DNA from: Camelus dromedarius
Taxonomy: Eukaryota
Length of the DNA stretch: 64,000 nucleotides
Assembly (NCBI RefSeq): GCF_036321535.1
Contig: NC_087437.1
Location: forward strand, 70,310,001 to 70,374,000
Reading direction: 5' to 3'
In this document: piece after piece, positions 25,130 to 37,600 of the stretch
Numbering within the stretch: position 1 is the first letter of the stretch
Layout of the letters: each line of letters begins with the position of its first letter
Translations under genes and position numbers: made by a program
Notes under the pieces: model-generated
Seen by the model: the letters and a program-made list of their open reading frames with translations, nothing else
What the model was told of the DNA's origin: nothing
The model's database searches: none

Positions 25130-25591
25130 GCCCCTTGATATCTGAAATTTTAGGTGGTGGATTAAGGTGTTTCTGTAGCTGGCCTGGGATGCAATGCTAA
25201 ACTTCAGGCAAGTAAGGTGACTTTAGTGCCTAATAGTCTTCGGAGTATCATGGAACATGAGGTTGTCATGTAGAAGAAATGTACAGTAAGGTGTATGTTA
25301 GTGCTCAATGATGCTGTTTCCATTTGGTTTAGAAGCCAGTTTGGATAGCATTACAATTTGAAAGTCAGTAATTTGATCAAAGTTCTAGCTAAGAAAGTTC
25401 TAATTTCTCCGTTTGATGAGATGTGTAGGGGACAATCTAAAGATAATAATAACAACAGAAGTATCTATTTTACTTGTTTTTCAAATAGTGTATTTTTTGT
25501 TATATTGAAAATTTTTGTTATGTTATCCATTGAATGACTTAGTAGATGCTCAAATGAAGATCAAATTGATGTTCTGTACAAAAATCTGCTG

Positions 25592-25593
<2 letters not shown>

Positions 25594-25626
<33 letters not shown>

Positions 25627-25641
25627 ACACACACACACACA
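25594..25641. repeat. (TA)n(CA)n compound microsatellite
   Basis: Directly visible. Confidence 0.95.
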
Positions 25642-25789
25642 TGCTTTTTAAAAATATGTATTTATGACATTTTGACTAAGTTGATCAGCTATAATAATAA
25701 ATTTAATTGAATTATCTGGTTTATCAAATAGTACATAAGTTATTGCTGCTTTAGTTTTTTGACCTGGTGTTATCTATAATTTCATTTAA

Positions 25790-25910
25790 TCATTCATTCA
25801 TTCATTCATTCACTAGGCACCTATTATGTTGGGGTTTGTATTTGACACAGTAGAGAATACAGAGATGATTAAGACATGGCCTCTGACTACTAAAATTTGT
25901 AGTCTAGTGG
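25790..25910 (-). mobile_element. L2 3' end with (TTCA)n tail
   Basis: tcattcattcattcattcattcactaggcacctattatg...aagacatggcctctgac...gtagtctagtgg. Confidence 0.8.
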
Positions 25911-26329
25911 CTATTGTATAAAAAAATTCTTAGATTTGGCCTTTACTATAAAAATGTGTTGATCCCTTTATTATTTCAAGCCCAAAGATCTGACTGCTAT
26001 TGTTATGATCAGATATTTAATTTATGTCTTCAGTGTTCTGGATGCTGAATTTAATGTACTACCAATACCTTTAGATGGACTGTAATACACAAAAGATAAC
26101 ATAAAATATTATAAATATAAATATGAAATATTTTGGTAAGCCAAATTTTATTAAAAACTTTTTATAGAGTTAATACTGGTTTTTAATCACATCACCCTCT
26201 TCCCTTTAATCTGATTCTTTCTTTATTTGAGAGAAGAGACGGGAAAGGGCAATTGTCAGTTGGTAGTGAAAATCCAATGTAAATTGAAAACCCAAAAGAA
26301 GCCTCTTGATTTCTACCTGGTTTCTAATT

Positions 26330-26830
26330 CAAAAGAGTGCAAGTTTAGGAGCCTCTGGAGATGAAGATGGAGAGATACACAGGTGCTACCAATGAAGTAC
26401 CTTGTCTATGCCATGCTAAAGATCTAGAAAGGAGGTGGAATCCACCAAAGGGTTTTATGTAAGGAAACGGCTCCTTAGTTCTGTTGAGAAAAAACATTTG
26501 AGCAACTGAGTGTAGAAGAAAGGTTGTAAAGAGAAGAGACTAGAGTCTGTGAGCCCAGTTAGCAGACAGTTAATGGTGATCAGGATGAAGTATGATGAAG
26601 GCCTGAATTAAAATAGTAGCTGTGAATCTGTGAGGAACATCAAGAAAGCTGGATGCACAAGATTTTTAGGAGATAGAGTTGATAAAATTTGGGGACTATC
26701 TCGATGGAAGGGTGGAGGTTGGTTGCTGTTAAGGAAAAAGAAGTTTAGGATGACTCTCAAGTGTTTTGCTTGAGTACCTGGATGGTGCTATTCATGGAGG
26801 AAAAGTTTATTTTAGGAGAAGCAAGTCAGG
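26330..26830 (-). mobile_element. L2 fragment
   Basis: atgccatgctaaaga...tgatgaaggcctgaatta...ttaggatgactctcaagtgttttgcttgagtacctggatggtgctattc. Confidence 0.7.
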
Positions 26831-27209
26831 CTGATGTCAGGGAGAGTGTGAAGGTTGGAGATAAAGAAGGATATAAATAACTCAGTTGACTTCAAACATC
26901 AATCTACTTTGCTTGGAGGAAATATGATGTGATCCTGTGACCTGAAGGAGTAAAACTTAGGGTGAGCCTGGCATGTTGAAGTAGGCTAAGGAGAGTGAGT
27001 TTCATGGGAGGGTATTGATTAGGAGTTTTGGTGGAAAATAGAAAGTTTGGAATCATATTTATTCTTGGAGTCTTTTTTCTCAGTTTTCTATAATGGCAGC
27101 TTTCCTCCATTTTGTTAACCAAAAGTTAGACTGCCTTATTCAAATGTTTTAGCTTTTTGATGTGTCTGGGAGTCCTTGGAGGGTAGGAACTTTAAAGAGC
27201 TATCTATAT

Positions 27210-27365
27210 GAGGAGGCAGTATGGTAATGAATGCAAGTTCAAGTACCAACTGTATGAATTACTAGTTAAATAACCTTGCATAAACCTCTTAACTTTTTGA
27301 GTTTCCATTTTTCTCACTTCTAAAGTAAGAGGATTGAATCAGATGATCTCTAAGAAGCCTTTTAA
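27210..27365 (+). mobile_element. MIR (MIR3-like) SINE
   Basis: gaggaggcagtatggt...tttgagtttccatttttctcacttctaaagtaagaggattgaatcagatgatctctaag. Confidence 0.75.
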
Positions 27366-27444
27366 CAGTAAAACCCCTAAGATTTTATAACCCTATAAGT
27401 GGCATAATTATACCTGTAGGATTAACATCTTAGAAACTTTAACA

Positions 27445-29150
27445 GAATTCTAGTTAAACCTGGTGATTGAACACATGTTTTCCCTTGTTCTTTCCTAGTA
27501 AGGGACTAAAAGTGTGAGTAAAAGACTAAAACAATATATGAATCCAAAAGCAAAGGGAAGAGGAAGCAACATATCAAAGACATACAATTTTTGGAAGATG
27601 TAAAGTGGATGAAGGAATTAGCAGAACTGGGAAAGCTAAATACAAGTGCCTGGAGAGTGTTGTGCCAAGGAGAAAGCAAGCCAGTTCATGCTCCAGAACT
27701 GGCTCAAGGATTGAAGGAAGTACTTCCTGTAGAAGACAATAGCTGAAGTAAAAATGTATTATAATTAATATCCTCAGAGAGATAGGAGAAGATAGCACTT
27801 CCATGAAAGATGGGAGGGTGATATAAAAAAAGGAATTATCAGAGAATAAGTGCTTATAATAGCTGAAACAACTTCAGTAGGATTGAAAATTTCCTGAAAA
27901 TAGAGCAAAAAGTCAGATAAATGGAAAGTAGGAGAGAAAAAAATCAGACAGTCTAACAAGCCAAAAATCTGATTAATAGCAGTTTCAGAAAACATGGGAG
28001 AGCAAAGAAAATGATAAGGAAGAGATTAGCCTCAAATTATATTATAAACTTTTTCAAAACTGAAAGGCATGAGTTTCTACTTTGAAAAGGTCTTCTGGGT
28101 GCCCATAAAAAATGTAAAGCAGAAAATACTTTTTCTTTTTTTTCTTTTAATTTTATCTATGTGAGATGATGAATGATAGCTGAACCTGTTGCCATAACCA
28201 TTTAACAATATATGTAAATCATACCATCATGCTGTAGGCCTTAAACTTACACTGCAATGTATGCCATTTATTTCTCAATAAAACTGAAAAAAAAATGTAA
28301 GACTACCAATATGGATGATGATAAGAGTTTCTGGAGAGGAAATATAAGGATGGTATCTGATTTCTTAATGTCAACATTCAAAGCTAGAAGATGTGTCTTC
28401 AAAGTTCTGAGGGAAAGTTACTTTGAACTTGTAATTTTGTACCCAGTCAAACTATTAATTAGATGTGAGGGTAAAAAAAAATACATTTTTTAGATGCATG
28501 ATCCTCAAAATTTACCCTCTATGGTTGCTTTCTCAGGAATCTTTTGGAGGCTGTGCTACATCCAAATGAGGAGAAGCTGAGGAGAAAGAGAGGCAGAGGA
28601 TTCAGGAAATAAGTGCTGAGAATGAGATGAGAAAGGTGAAGGGAAGTTCCTGGACAACAACTGTGCATTGATCTTAAGAATAATCTGTCCTTAGTTGAGC
28701 AGAAAGATAGAAAACTCCAGAAAGGGATGTATTCAGAAGGAAGAGTTGGAATTGATAGACTGCTTCATAGTTAAGGGTGTGAACTATATTCAGAGAGGTT
28801 TTACATTTCTATTGCAGAGCTTGGGAATGAGTGGGCAAGTGGCAATATTCACTCTAGAAGGGAAAATCTACTACTTAAGGAAGGAAATGTATTAAAAATG
28901 TACTAGTTGACTGAATACTGGGAATATGAAAGTAAGGGAAATATGTGGTATAAGGGAGCTAAGATTTTATCTTCCAGGATAGGAAATTAATAGATTATGT
29001 CTATAGTTTACAAATAAAAAAATAAGAATATAAACATATTACTTAGAGATAAAGAGATTAAACACTAGAAATAACTTTGGCAAGGGGTCTCAAAAATTGG
29101 AATATGGACTGCTGGTTTTGTTTTTTTTTTAATATTGTGATACTATTCAA
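27445..29150 (+). mobile_element. HAL1 (half-L1, ORF1-only) fossil
   Basis: ORF 28257-28493 IRMVSDFLMSTFKARR...ILYPVKLLIRCEG aligns with L1 ORF1p IRLSADFSTQTLQARK...ILYPARLSFRIEG (ORF 48382-49056). No ORF2 follows. Confidence 0.7.
28118..28289 (+). mobile_element. Short L1 3' end inserted in the HAL1, 11-bp TSD
   Basis: AAAAAATGTAA at 28107-28117 and 28290-28300. Ends ctcaataaaactgaaaa. Homologous to the reverse complement of 22503-22650. Confidence 0.8.
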
Positions 29151-30744
29151 CTTATTTAAAAATTTAACAGTATTTTAGATTTTGATTTTTCAGGTAGAAG
29201 AGTAACTCTAGATGAAGTGTACATTATGCTAGTTATCTGGGGGAATTAAATAGTTTATACCTTGGCATTGCTGAAATTTAGACAATTCTGTCTTTTGAGA
29301 ATAAGTATTATTTAGAGGGTTTTCCTCTTTTTCTGATAAGGTATGTTACCATGTAAAAGCTATGGAGTTAAATCTAAAAGTTGTCACAATTCTTATGTTT
29401 CAGTTATGTGTTCCAAATAGAAGAAAGTCATTAACTACTGATAGATAAGGAGAGATAGAAAAAAACAAAAGTAAAATTTCATTTGATTTGGTAGGTAATT
29501 ACCTAAGACAAATTAAACAGCTCATTTGTTAAACAAAGAATAGCTTTCCTTCATTCCAAGTAATGTCTAAATACTTAGGATTTTTTTTTTCTATTAAAAA
29601 CTTCACATGGCTAGTTCATGCATTCTTGTGGAATGCTTTTAACTGTTCACTGACTCATTACCTATTCATCTACAGTTAATGTAAAACCACTTTTGTTGTG
29701 GTTTACAAAAATATGGAGGTTATGTGATTCAGTGCACGCACTTCAGAATTTAGATTATCTTTCAATAATCAAAAACATGCTTTGCCAAAAATTCCCGTAT
29801 GAGTGTGCTCAAAATATCAAGTGCCTTTTGAAGTTTTTAAATAAGAAACTCCAACAGAACCTAACAACAAACAAACAAACAAAAACCCAGAACATGTCTT
29901 TGTAAACAAAAGTGTTCAGCAGACATCCTTAAACCTCCTTGAGAGAATTTTTAGAACATAAGAGAGGCAGAGACAGAGATCGAGGTAGAAAAGAAGGGAA
30001 TTTCTCCTTGAATTTTTTTTTTAAACCAAGGACATTTGGTGTTGAAAGGAGAAAGAAGAGAGGAGAAATGAAGAAAGAACATGATTTGTCTCAGCGACTT
30101 ATTTTATAATTGATTGTAGCTTATAAAGGTTTTCATTGATAGTTGTATGGGAGGGAGAATTCTAAGTTTCAATGCTGACACTTTGAAGAGTTGCCCTGTT
30201 GTTGCAGCTGCTTGGGCAGCCTTGCTCAAACATCAATGGTGCATTGTGGCAGCTTGCTCGGCTTCTCTGTTTCTGATGGACGTTCTCCAGGCAGTGAAGG
30301 GCAAAGGGGCTGGCAATGCTGGTAACTGGCATAATAGAAGTTGTTGGACCAGTTTGGAGTGTATGTGTGTGAACTGAACACTTAATGACAGATTCTGTAT
30401 TATGGTCAGTCTAAGCTCAGGGTGAGAAAATACTTTCTGGTCAATTAATAGACATGGTAATATATATTTTTATATTTTCTTTCTATGGCATAGAGTGCAT
30501 ATTATTTAGTTTTTGTGAAGTGGTTGGTAGAAAAGACTGTTTATGACCTGAAAGAAAATTCAGTATATACTTAGACATAGCTCCACTAAAATATTTCCAT
30601 CATAAAATAATTGACCTTTCTCCTTTATAATAATTATTGATTTTTAGGAGATCTCAATGAATATTTCTTTCCATTATCTGTGAAAATCTGCTCTAAAATT
30701 TTTCATCTCTCTTTTCTGTATATCCAGTAACATTATAATTTAGT

Positions 30745-31680
30745 CTTTTAGAATCACAAGATTTGAGAAGGACTGTGATAAAGTCACTCATACTGAATAG
30801 ATAGGGCCATTACTTGGAAGAATATGACATAATGTTAGGAGGTGATACAAAGGAGGAAGACATGACAAACATTGATTTTTTTTCTCTGCTAAGAGGAATA
30901 AAATTGGAACAAGGGAATGGAAATCAATGACTGAACTGGTTAGTAAGAGACCATTTAGATGAATTTAAAATCAAATCTCACAGAGTTTGGTGGTTTTTTT
31001 CCAGAATGATAATATCCCTATTTTTGAAAAAAAAAATCCTGCCCATTTATATAATGTGTGTTTTTCAGAGCATTGTCAATATATATATTTCACTAGATCC
31101 TTACGGTGATCCTAAGAAGTAAGGGGGAATGATTATTCCCATTTTATAGATGAGGAAACAGAAAAGTAAGCAACTAAAGAATTTTGAATAGTAGGTACTA
31201 GGTCAGACCTTTATTAAAACTCATTTAATATGCACTATACCGAAGATGCTGTTATCTCCATTTATAGATGTGTTAACTGAAATTAAATGTTTTTCAAGCC
31301 ATAGAGCTGTCCATCAAAGCACCTGGAATCCAAACTTAAGGACTTTTGCTCTGAAACCTATGCTTTTCCACTTAAATTCACAACCTCCAGATATGATCAC
31401 ATTTGAAGAGTTGGAAGGTATAAAATATTAAAGATGAATTCTGTAATCTACAGAGTTAATTTTGTTTATCTCCAGCAAAATTCTGAAATGAACTATTGAA
31501 TAGGTTATTTGTGAGCATGTAGAAACCAAGGTTTTATTTTTAAGAGCCATATCATTATTTCACCAAGAGCAAGTCATGTCATACTAATCTCATTTTTCTT
31601 TTTGATAATGTAAACTAGGTCTTAGATAAGAAAATGTTGCAAGCATATGTATCTTGATGTAAGCAAAGGATTTGCAATAT
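30745..31680 (+). mobile_element. CR1/L3 LINE ORF2 remnants interrupted by MIRs
   Basis: 31559-31675 reads like the CR1 RT segment FTKxKSCxTNLI.F.D...YLDxSKxF (ttcaccaagagcaagtcatgtcatactaatctcatt...tatcttgatgtaagcaaaggatttg). Confidence 0.65.
31060..31372 (-). mobile_element. Two MIR fragments
   Basis: attattcccattttatagatgaggaaacaga and gttatctccatttatagatgtgttaactga. Confidence 0.75.
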
Positions 31681-31899
31681 AATGTCAGTAGGTTTATTAT
31701 TTGAAAAAAAATTTTAGAAAGTCATGCTTGATTTTGTTTGCTTGTTTTTCACAAATATTTATTAATGAGCTACTTAAGAAAACACACTTTCAGCTTGGAT
31801 ATAAGAGAAATAATTCCTATAGAGGTGCATTTTTAACCAGACCTTGAATTATGAATAAGATATCTATATAAAGAAATAGGGAAAAGTTTTACAAGCAAT

Positions 31900-32085
31900 A
31901 CATTAGCTCACATTTGTTGACTGTATATTCCTCAAAACAATCCTTTTGAGATAGATTCTGCATTATTATCTCTATTTTAAAAATAATAACACTAAGGTAC
32001 AAGCAGTTTAAGTATAAGTTGCTCTATAAACTTTTAGAGTCAGGATTTGAACTTAAGCAGTTTACCCCAGAGTCTGTACTCTTAA
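31900..32085 (-). mobile_element. MIR SINE
   Basis: tcctcaaaacaatcc...attattatctctatttta...agagtcaggatttgaacttaagcagtttaccccagagtctgtactcttaa. Confidence 0.75.
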
Positions 32086-32629
32086 GAAATGGAATTAAGA
32101 AAATGGGTGTCAAGAGAAAGTTGTTTGGTAATGATACACAATTAAGTATGGCTAGAACATAGGTATGCCTAGAAGAAAATATTAAGTGATGTCTTTGACG
32201 TTGTTGTCATCAGTGTTATTCTATATATTAGTAATTTGGATGAGATGATAAGGAATTGTAATAAAATTTCTAGATTATTCAAATATAGACTTTAGTAGGA
32301 AGAAGTTTAATTTTTGTTTCAAAATAGTACAAACAACATAAACAGGTACCACATGAAAGACATGGTTCTTGAAAATAAACCTTGAAATTTGTATGAGACA
32401 AGAGGAAGAGGCAGATATTTTAAGAACTAATGCTGTGTTCTGTTGCACTGAAAGAATTATGTTTTGTGTCTGGGTATACTTTCTTGACCATGATGCAGAG
32501 AAGGGAAACCTAAAAAAGGTACAGTGATTACACTGAGTTGAGAAGGCAGAAATTAAAGTTTGGAGAGTCTTAGGAAGTGGAATTAGGGATAGAGTACTGG
32601 AGGAGTGAGAGCTATGAGGCACTACCTTG

Positions 32630-32970
32630 AAGATGCTGCTGAATACTAAACTGTATGTACCTTGGGTAAACTTCTAGGAGGTTGCACAAAATACAGAGGA
32701 CTGAAAGATGAACCACTCCAAGAGCTTATGCTAGGGTTGGAGGTGTCTGAGTTTTGTTCAGCCAAATTTGAGAGACCTTGTTAATAGCCTGGGGAATGAG
32801 ATCCCAGAAGCATCACCCTTTTTAGTAGGGCTTAACAAGCTCTTGAGTGAGGCCACTCTAGACCTTTCCTTACAGAGCTTAAGACTCAAAAGGACCAAAC
32901 TGATTTACAAGCTATTAAACAGCCTTCCAGAAAAATGTCTAACACTTCTTAAAGGAATTAAAAATTAGCA
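32630..32970 (+). mobile_element. Probable old L1M 5'-region fragment
   Basis: tttgagagaccttgttaata...agagatcccagaag-like and ggccactctagacc...aagacagagctt-like motifs recalled from L1MC/L1M4 5' regions. Confidence 0.4.
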
Positions 32971-33894
32971 TTTTATAATGTTGTTTTCCTATGATTCTGG
33001 GTTGAGTTTTGCTTTCTGTGGTTCTAATTGAGTTTTGCAGTAGCTTTTGTTTTATTGTTACTCTTTTCTGTAGCTAAAACTACAGTGATATTCTAGCCAT
33101 AGGTTCATATCAAATGACCTATTGATCAGAACTGGCATCTGTACATAAAAAATTTTGTCAAAAAGTTGTCTAAATTACATGCCAACTAGCCTGTATTTAT
33201 AAGATTAAATATCCTTTACTATTTATGGCATGTATTATAGAAGGTGAAATAAAAATCAGAAACCACTGGGAGATTCAGAGGATCAATCTATGAATGCACA
33301 TATTACCAAGTTATTTTAACTTGTAAAATGTTTTATAAATTGTTTTTACATAAAAGTGTAATAATAGTTTTGGTTTCTAAGAGTAGATGGAAGAGAGCTT
33401 AATTCATTCACTCCCTCATATAATCATGCATTTATCAAATTCCATACATGCCCCGAAATAAGATAACTCTGATTATAAGTCCGTAGATTCCCTACTTTAT
33501 CACCTACTTTGGGGGAGAGCTTTGGATTCAATAGAAAATCCAATTACTTATTTAACTTGCTAATTTAGTAACATATGTATCATTAAAATGTCACATAAAA
33601 TATTTAAATTACTAATATTATTTTTGAATCCTAATTTTATGAACTAGTTTTATTCATATTTTTCACATAAATTTTTAAAATTAGTATCTTTTTCAAAGTT
33701 TTCTGAAGCACATAATGTTCAATTTTATCTGTTATTTCAGTTATAGCATGTTTTAAATCCAAGTAGAATACTGTCACCTAAAATTTTATTACAAGACACA
33801 AATACTGTTTTTGTAACAGTAGGAGATTATTTTTAACACTTGTCCCTTAAGTATTTATTTTTGACCTCTATGATGTAACTATATACTTTTTTTT

Positions 33895-34060
33895 TTAGCT
33901 TTTCTAAATGATCTTTGAAAAACTTATTTACATTGGTATCTAATACTTGCAAGTTTTGAGTAAAATTGCCAGGAAGAAATATTAAACTTGTATCAAAACT
34001 TTCTGCCTCCATTTTAAAGTGTTCTGTCAGAATGACTGGTAAGACCATCCAGACCAATAA
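33895..34060 (-). mobile_element. pogo/Tc2-type (TcMar) transposase DDE-domain fossil
   Basis: LVLDGLTSH(frameshift)LTE...SLIFLPGNFTQNLQVLDTNVNKFFKDHL resembles the pogo-family motif LD.F.GHLT...IPGG.TS.LQ.LD..VNKPFKD.L. Confidence 0.7.
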
Positions 34061-34199
34061 TGACTGAGGTTATTTCTAGATAATACAGCTTTCCTAAATA
34101 CTACTTTGTTGTTTAAAATAAGTAATTGGATGTGTGCCTGGTAAATGGAGCCTCTCTTCTGAGAAATAATGCTGAGAAAACAGTTTGCCTTATATTCTG

Positions 34200-34600
34200 A
34201 AATATACTACATTTTATCAATACCTCCTATTTGTCTAGATGCTGGAGATATAAAAGTAATCACCAAATATTCTTTGTCCTCAAAGAACATATGGCATAGA
34301 GGGGGAGACAGGCAGGTCATTGGACATGTGCGATACTGTATCCTAATTGCCATAGACACAAGTTACTACAGAGAGGTATGGAGGCACTTAACCCAAGCCA
34401 GAGAAGGCTTCCTGTAGGATATAATGGCTAAGATGGCATTGGAAAGGTGAATTGAAGTTAGCTAGAGGTAGAAGTATTAAGGATATTGTAGGAAGAGGAA
34501 GTAGCTTGTCCAAAAGTGTAGAGGTTTAAAAATAAAAGTGTATGACAGGTTCATGAGTGTGCAGGCACTTCAATATGGCAAAAGTGAAGTTTTCTGGTGA
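34200..34600 (-). mobile_element. L2 fragment
   Basis: ctagatgctggagatataaaagtaa...tgtcctcaaagaac...cagagaaggcttcctgtagga...tgaattgaagttagctag. Confidence 0.75.
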
Positions 34601-37600
34601 GAGTACATGTACATGTGAAAAATGAATTTATATAGGTAAACTAGAAAATGCATGAATTTTTATAAATGCCTTTTTAGTCTTTAATATGTACTCTTTTGTA
34701 GGTCATTCAAAAATTACTATTTTAAGACAGGTGTTTAAGAAATGCTCAATTAAAATGAATCTAAAAAATAAAAAATAGAGCCACGTCTTTATAAACAAAG
34801 GGCAGATCATTGATTTTGCTTCCTATATGTATGAACAAAGACTAATGGATGACCTTTCATAGTAGTCCTTAATACATAAGCTCTGTGAGAGTAGCAATTG
34901 TGAATTTGATTCATTTTGTGAAGCTTATGGTTGCTTTGAAATGTACACAGTAATAATCATCTCAACATTTGTTTTAATTAAGCCAAGATTATTTATCTTA
35001 CCCAAAATGACAGACACTTCTGTTGGGATATTATGATAATTATCATTATGATTTATCAATATAAATCATATGAACCTAAGGCCCTGGCTTTGGCATAGGA
35101 TTTACACCACATTAAGTAGGCAGGCCTTGAGATGGTCTTGAAATGGGATATTGCACAGGCGTGTGTGGGAACTTTGTCTTAACCAGATTAATTCAGGAAT
35201 AAAAGTCTAATTGGATTGAAATAGAAATAATAGATTTTCCTTGTGTGTGTGTATAGATATTCTTCAAATAAAAGGTGAATTGGTATTTGATACAGAAAAT
35301 CTTATCAGCTACTAATAATTATTTATTTTGTTTATTCCAAAGTCAGGATTATACTACCTCTGGGATCAGGGAATTACCACAACTCCAGGTAGCTGCATAG
35401 GCAGCAAACATCGTAAGCACTCAATTCCACATGCATAAGGTAAACTTACATATGGGAGCAAGCTATTCACTACCACTTAAATTACAATCTGCTTTTGTAG
35501 AGTAAATTGTGATAACATTTTGACACAGCTTAAACTTTGTGTTTCTAAGTGTTTCCTATAAAATATAATAATTCAAACCATGTATCAGAAAACACTCAGA
35601 ATTTAAAAACTAGAGAAAAAATTGTAGTCTATGCTTCTGAGTACTTTTTTTTCCTAAGGAAATTTTGGTTGCAGTATGTGTGGAGTAAGTAAATTCAGCA
35701 GGGGAAGTGTGGGAGGTAGCTTCTTCATGTTATATTTGTCAACCAAACAAGCCTTATAGAACATCCATATTTAGGGCAAAATGTCTAGTGTTCATAAAAG
35801 CAGAACCTCTTACAATATTCTTTTAATGAGTAGGAAGAAGTTATTTCCACTTCAGACATTATATCAGTATGGCAGTAGGAAAAAAATGAACAATTGATGC
35901 AAGTTGATACCATGGAAAAAGGAAAGACCTATTGGTTTTGAAAGAACCTGCACTGCATATTTACCATCATTTTCTTGGTTCTATTGCCATACCCTCCTAG
36001 GCATCTCATTTTGCAGTGTGCTTAAGTTGTGGTACTGTGACTGGAGTGTATGATCATTAGAAGGTGGGCATTTACATAAGAATTTGTATCTTTAAGCGTC
36101 ACGCACATGCATGAGCTTGCTGTAAAAATAAAACAAACATTTAGAAATAAAATCTACTGAAATCATATCTACAGTGTGATATTCTGTTTTGCTTGTTTGT
36201 TTGAGCTATTGCTCAAAAGATCCTTTTCAGATGCCACATAAGCGATTTTATACCACGGAAGGCCACATTTATACAGACCAGACTGTGTATCTGAGTTTTA
36301 TTACTCAAGAGATCCATTGAATGTGATTATGGCTGGTGTTTTCTTTCACAATATTTCATAATAAGGTATGTGGATGAAGCATGTTTTTCAGTCACAGATG
36401 ATGACAAGGAGGATTGTTTATGATGTGAATGAGTTGCTTATTTTTGAAAGTTTTTCAATTACTTAAAGCAGTTTTCTCATGTATAGTAAAGATCTGCCGC
36501 AGCTGCATCATCTGTCCTAACTCAGACTTCTGGGCTTTGTCCTTTAGAACAGTATTTTCCTGATGTGTTGCCTGTCATCCTGGCAATTTATCAAGGGGCC
36601 CATGGATTTTGATAGTGTTAGAGAAAATAAATGAAATAATGTTGTTCACATTAATTTTACAATTATTTCACAACAAAAGAAGTTATATTTTCACAGACTT
36701 TGTACTTAAAATTCACTTATGTATTGCAAAGACAGTTTATCTCAACCAATAATAAGTTAATAGGATATAGTATAGGATAAGTATTGGCTGATATGTTTTA
36801 TGTAACTTTCAGATGTTTGTTGTTACTTTCATAAAAGTATTGATGAAATTTAAACTAAATAATTCACAATGATATTATAAATAATAGTGATTATTCTGGA
36901 GTAATATAGGCCATATATTTAGTGTCTGCTGGGAAAAGTGAATATGCAGGTGCGATGATTTCGTACAAACACTTTAAAAAGTACAAGTAGAAAAGCCCAA
37001 TGATGAATAACCAGCAGCCCTTTCTCTTCCTAGTTCCTAGTGTTGTCTTTTCTCAAAACTTCAAATAATCAAAGGAAGCTGTTGAAGCTTTTTGTCATTT
37101 TTAACACTCTCTGGTACAAAACTTGATGACTTTTGTTGCCAAGGGTGAAAAGATAAAAACTACAAAGCCTTAATTCTGAGTTGTACTCCTCAAAGCAAAT
37201 ACAGTTACATATAATGCATAAGATTGCTTTAAAACTAGTAAATCAGCTTTAAAGTTAGTGACAAATATACTTCAAGAGAAAGTAGGAGAAACAATTGATA
37301 AAAATCCTTTATCAAACCACATTGTGTGATTTTGGATTGTATCAACATATTAATACAATGTGGAAAAATAGATACCATCTAACATATCTAACATCTAACA
37401 TACCATATCTAAATTAAATTTTAAGTTGGAAGGTCTAAATTAGCTCTTGGCATTTGTGCCGAGAATATCCAAGGGACAAGTGCTTGCTTTTTCTTCTGTT
37501 TAATGCTAAAAACCCATACTTTACAATAGAGATTTGTGTTTGTTTGTTTTTAATAATTATTTTCTGAGCTGTGATGTTGACTAGAAAATTGTTATTGTTA

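Noticed and set aside
35343..35388. Possible 42/46-nt exon (DYTTSGIRELPQLQ)
   Set aside because: Modest donor CAG|GTAGCT and no recognisable protein.
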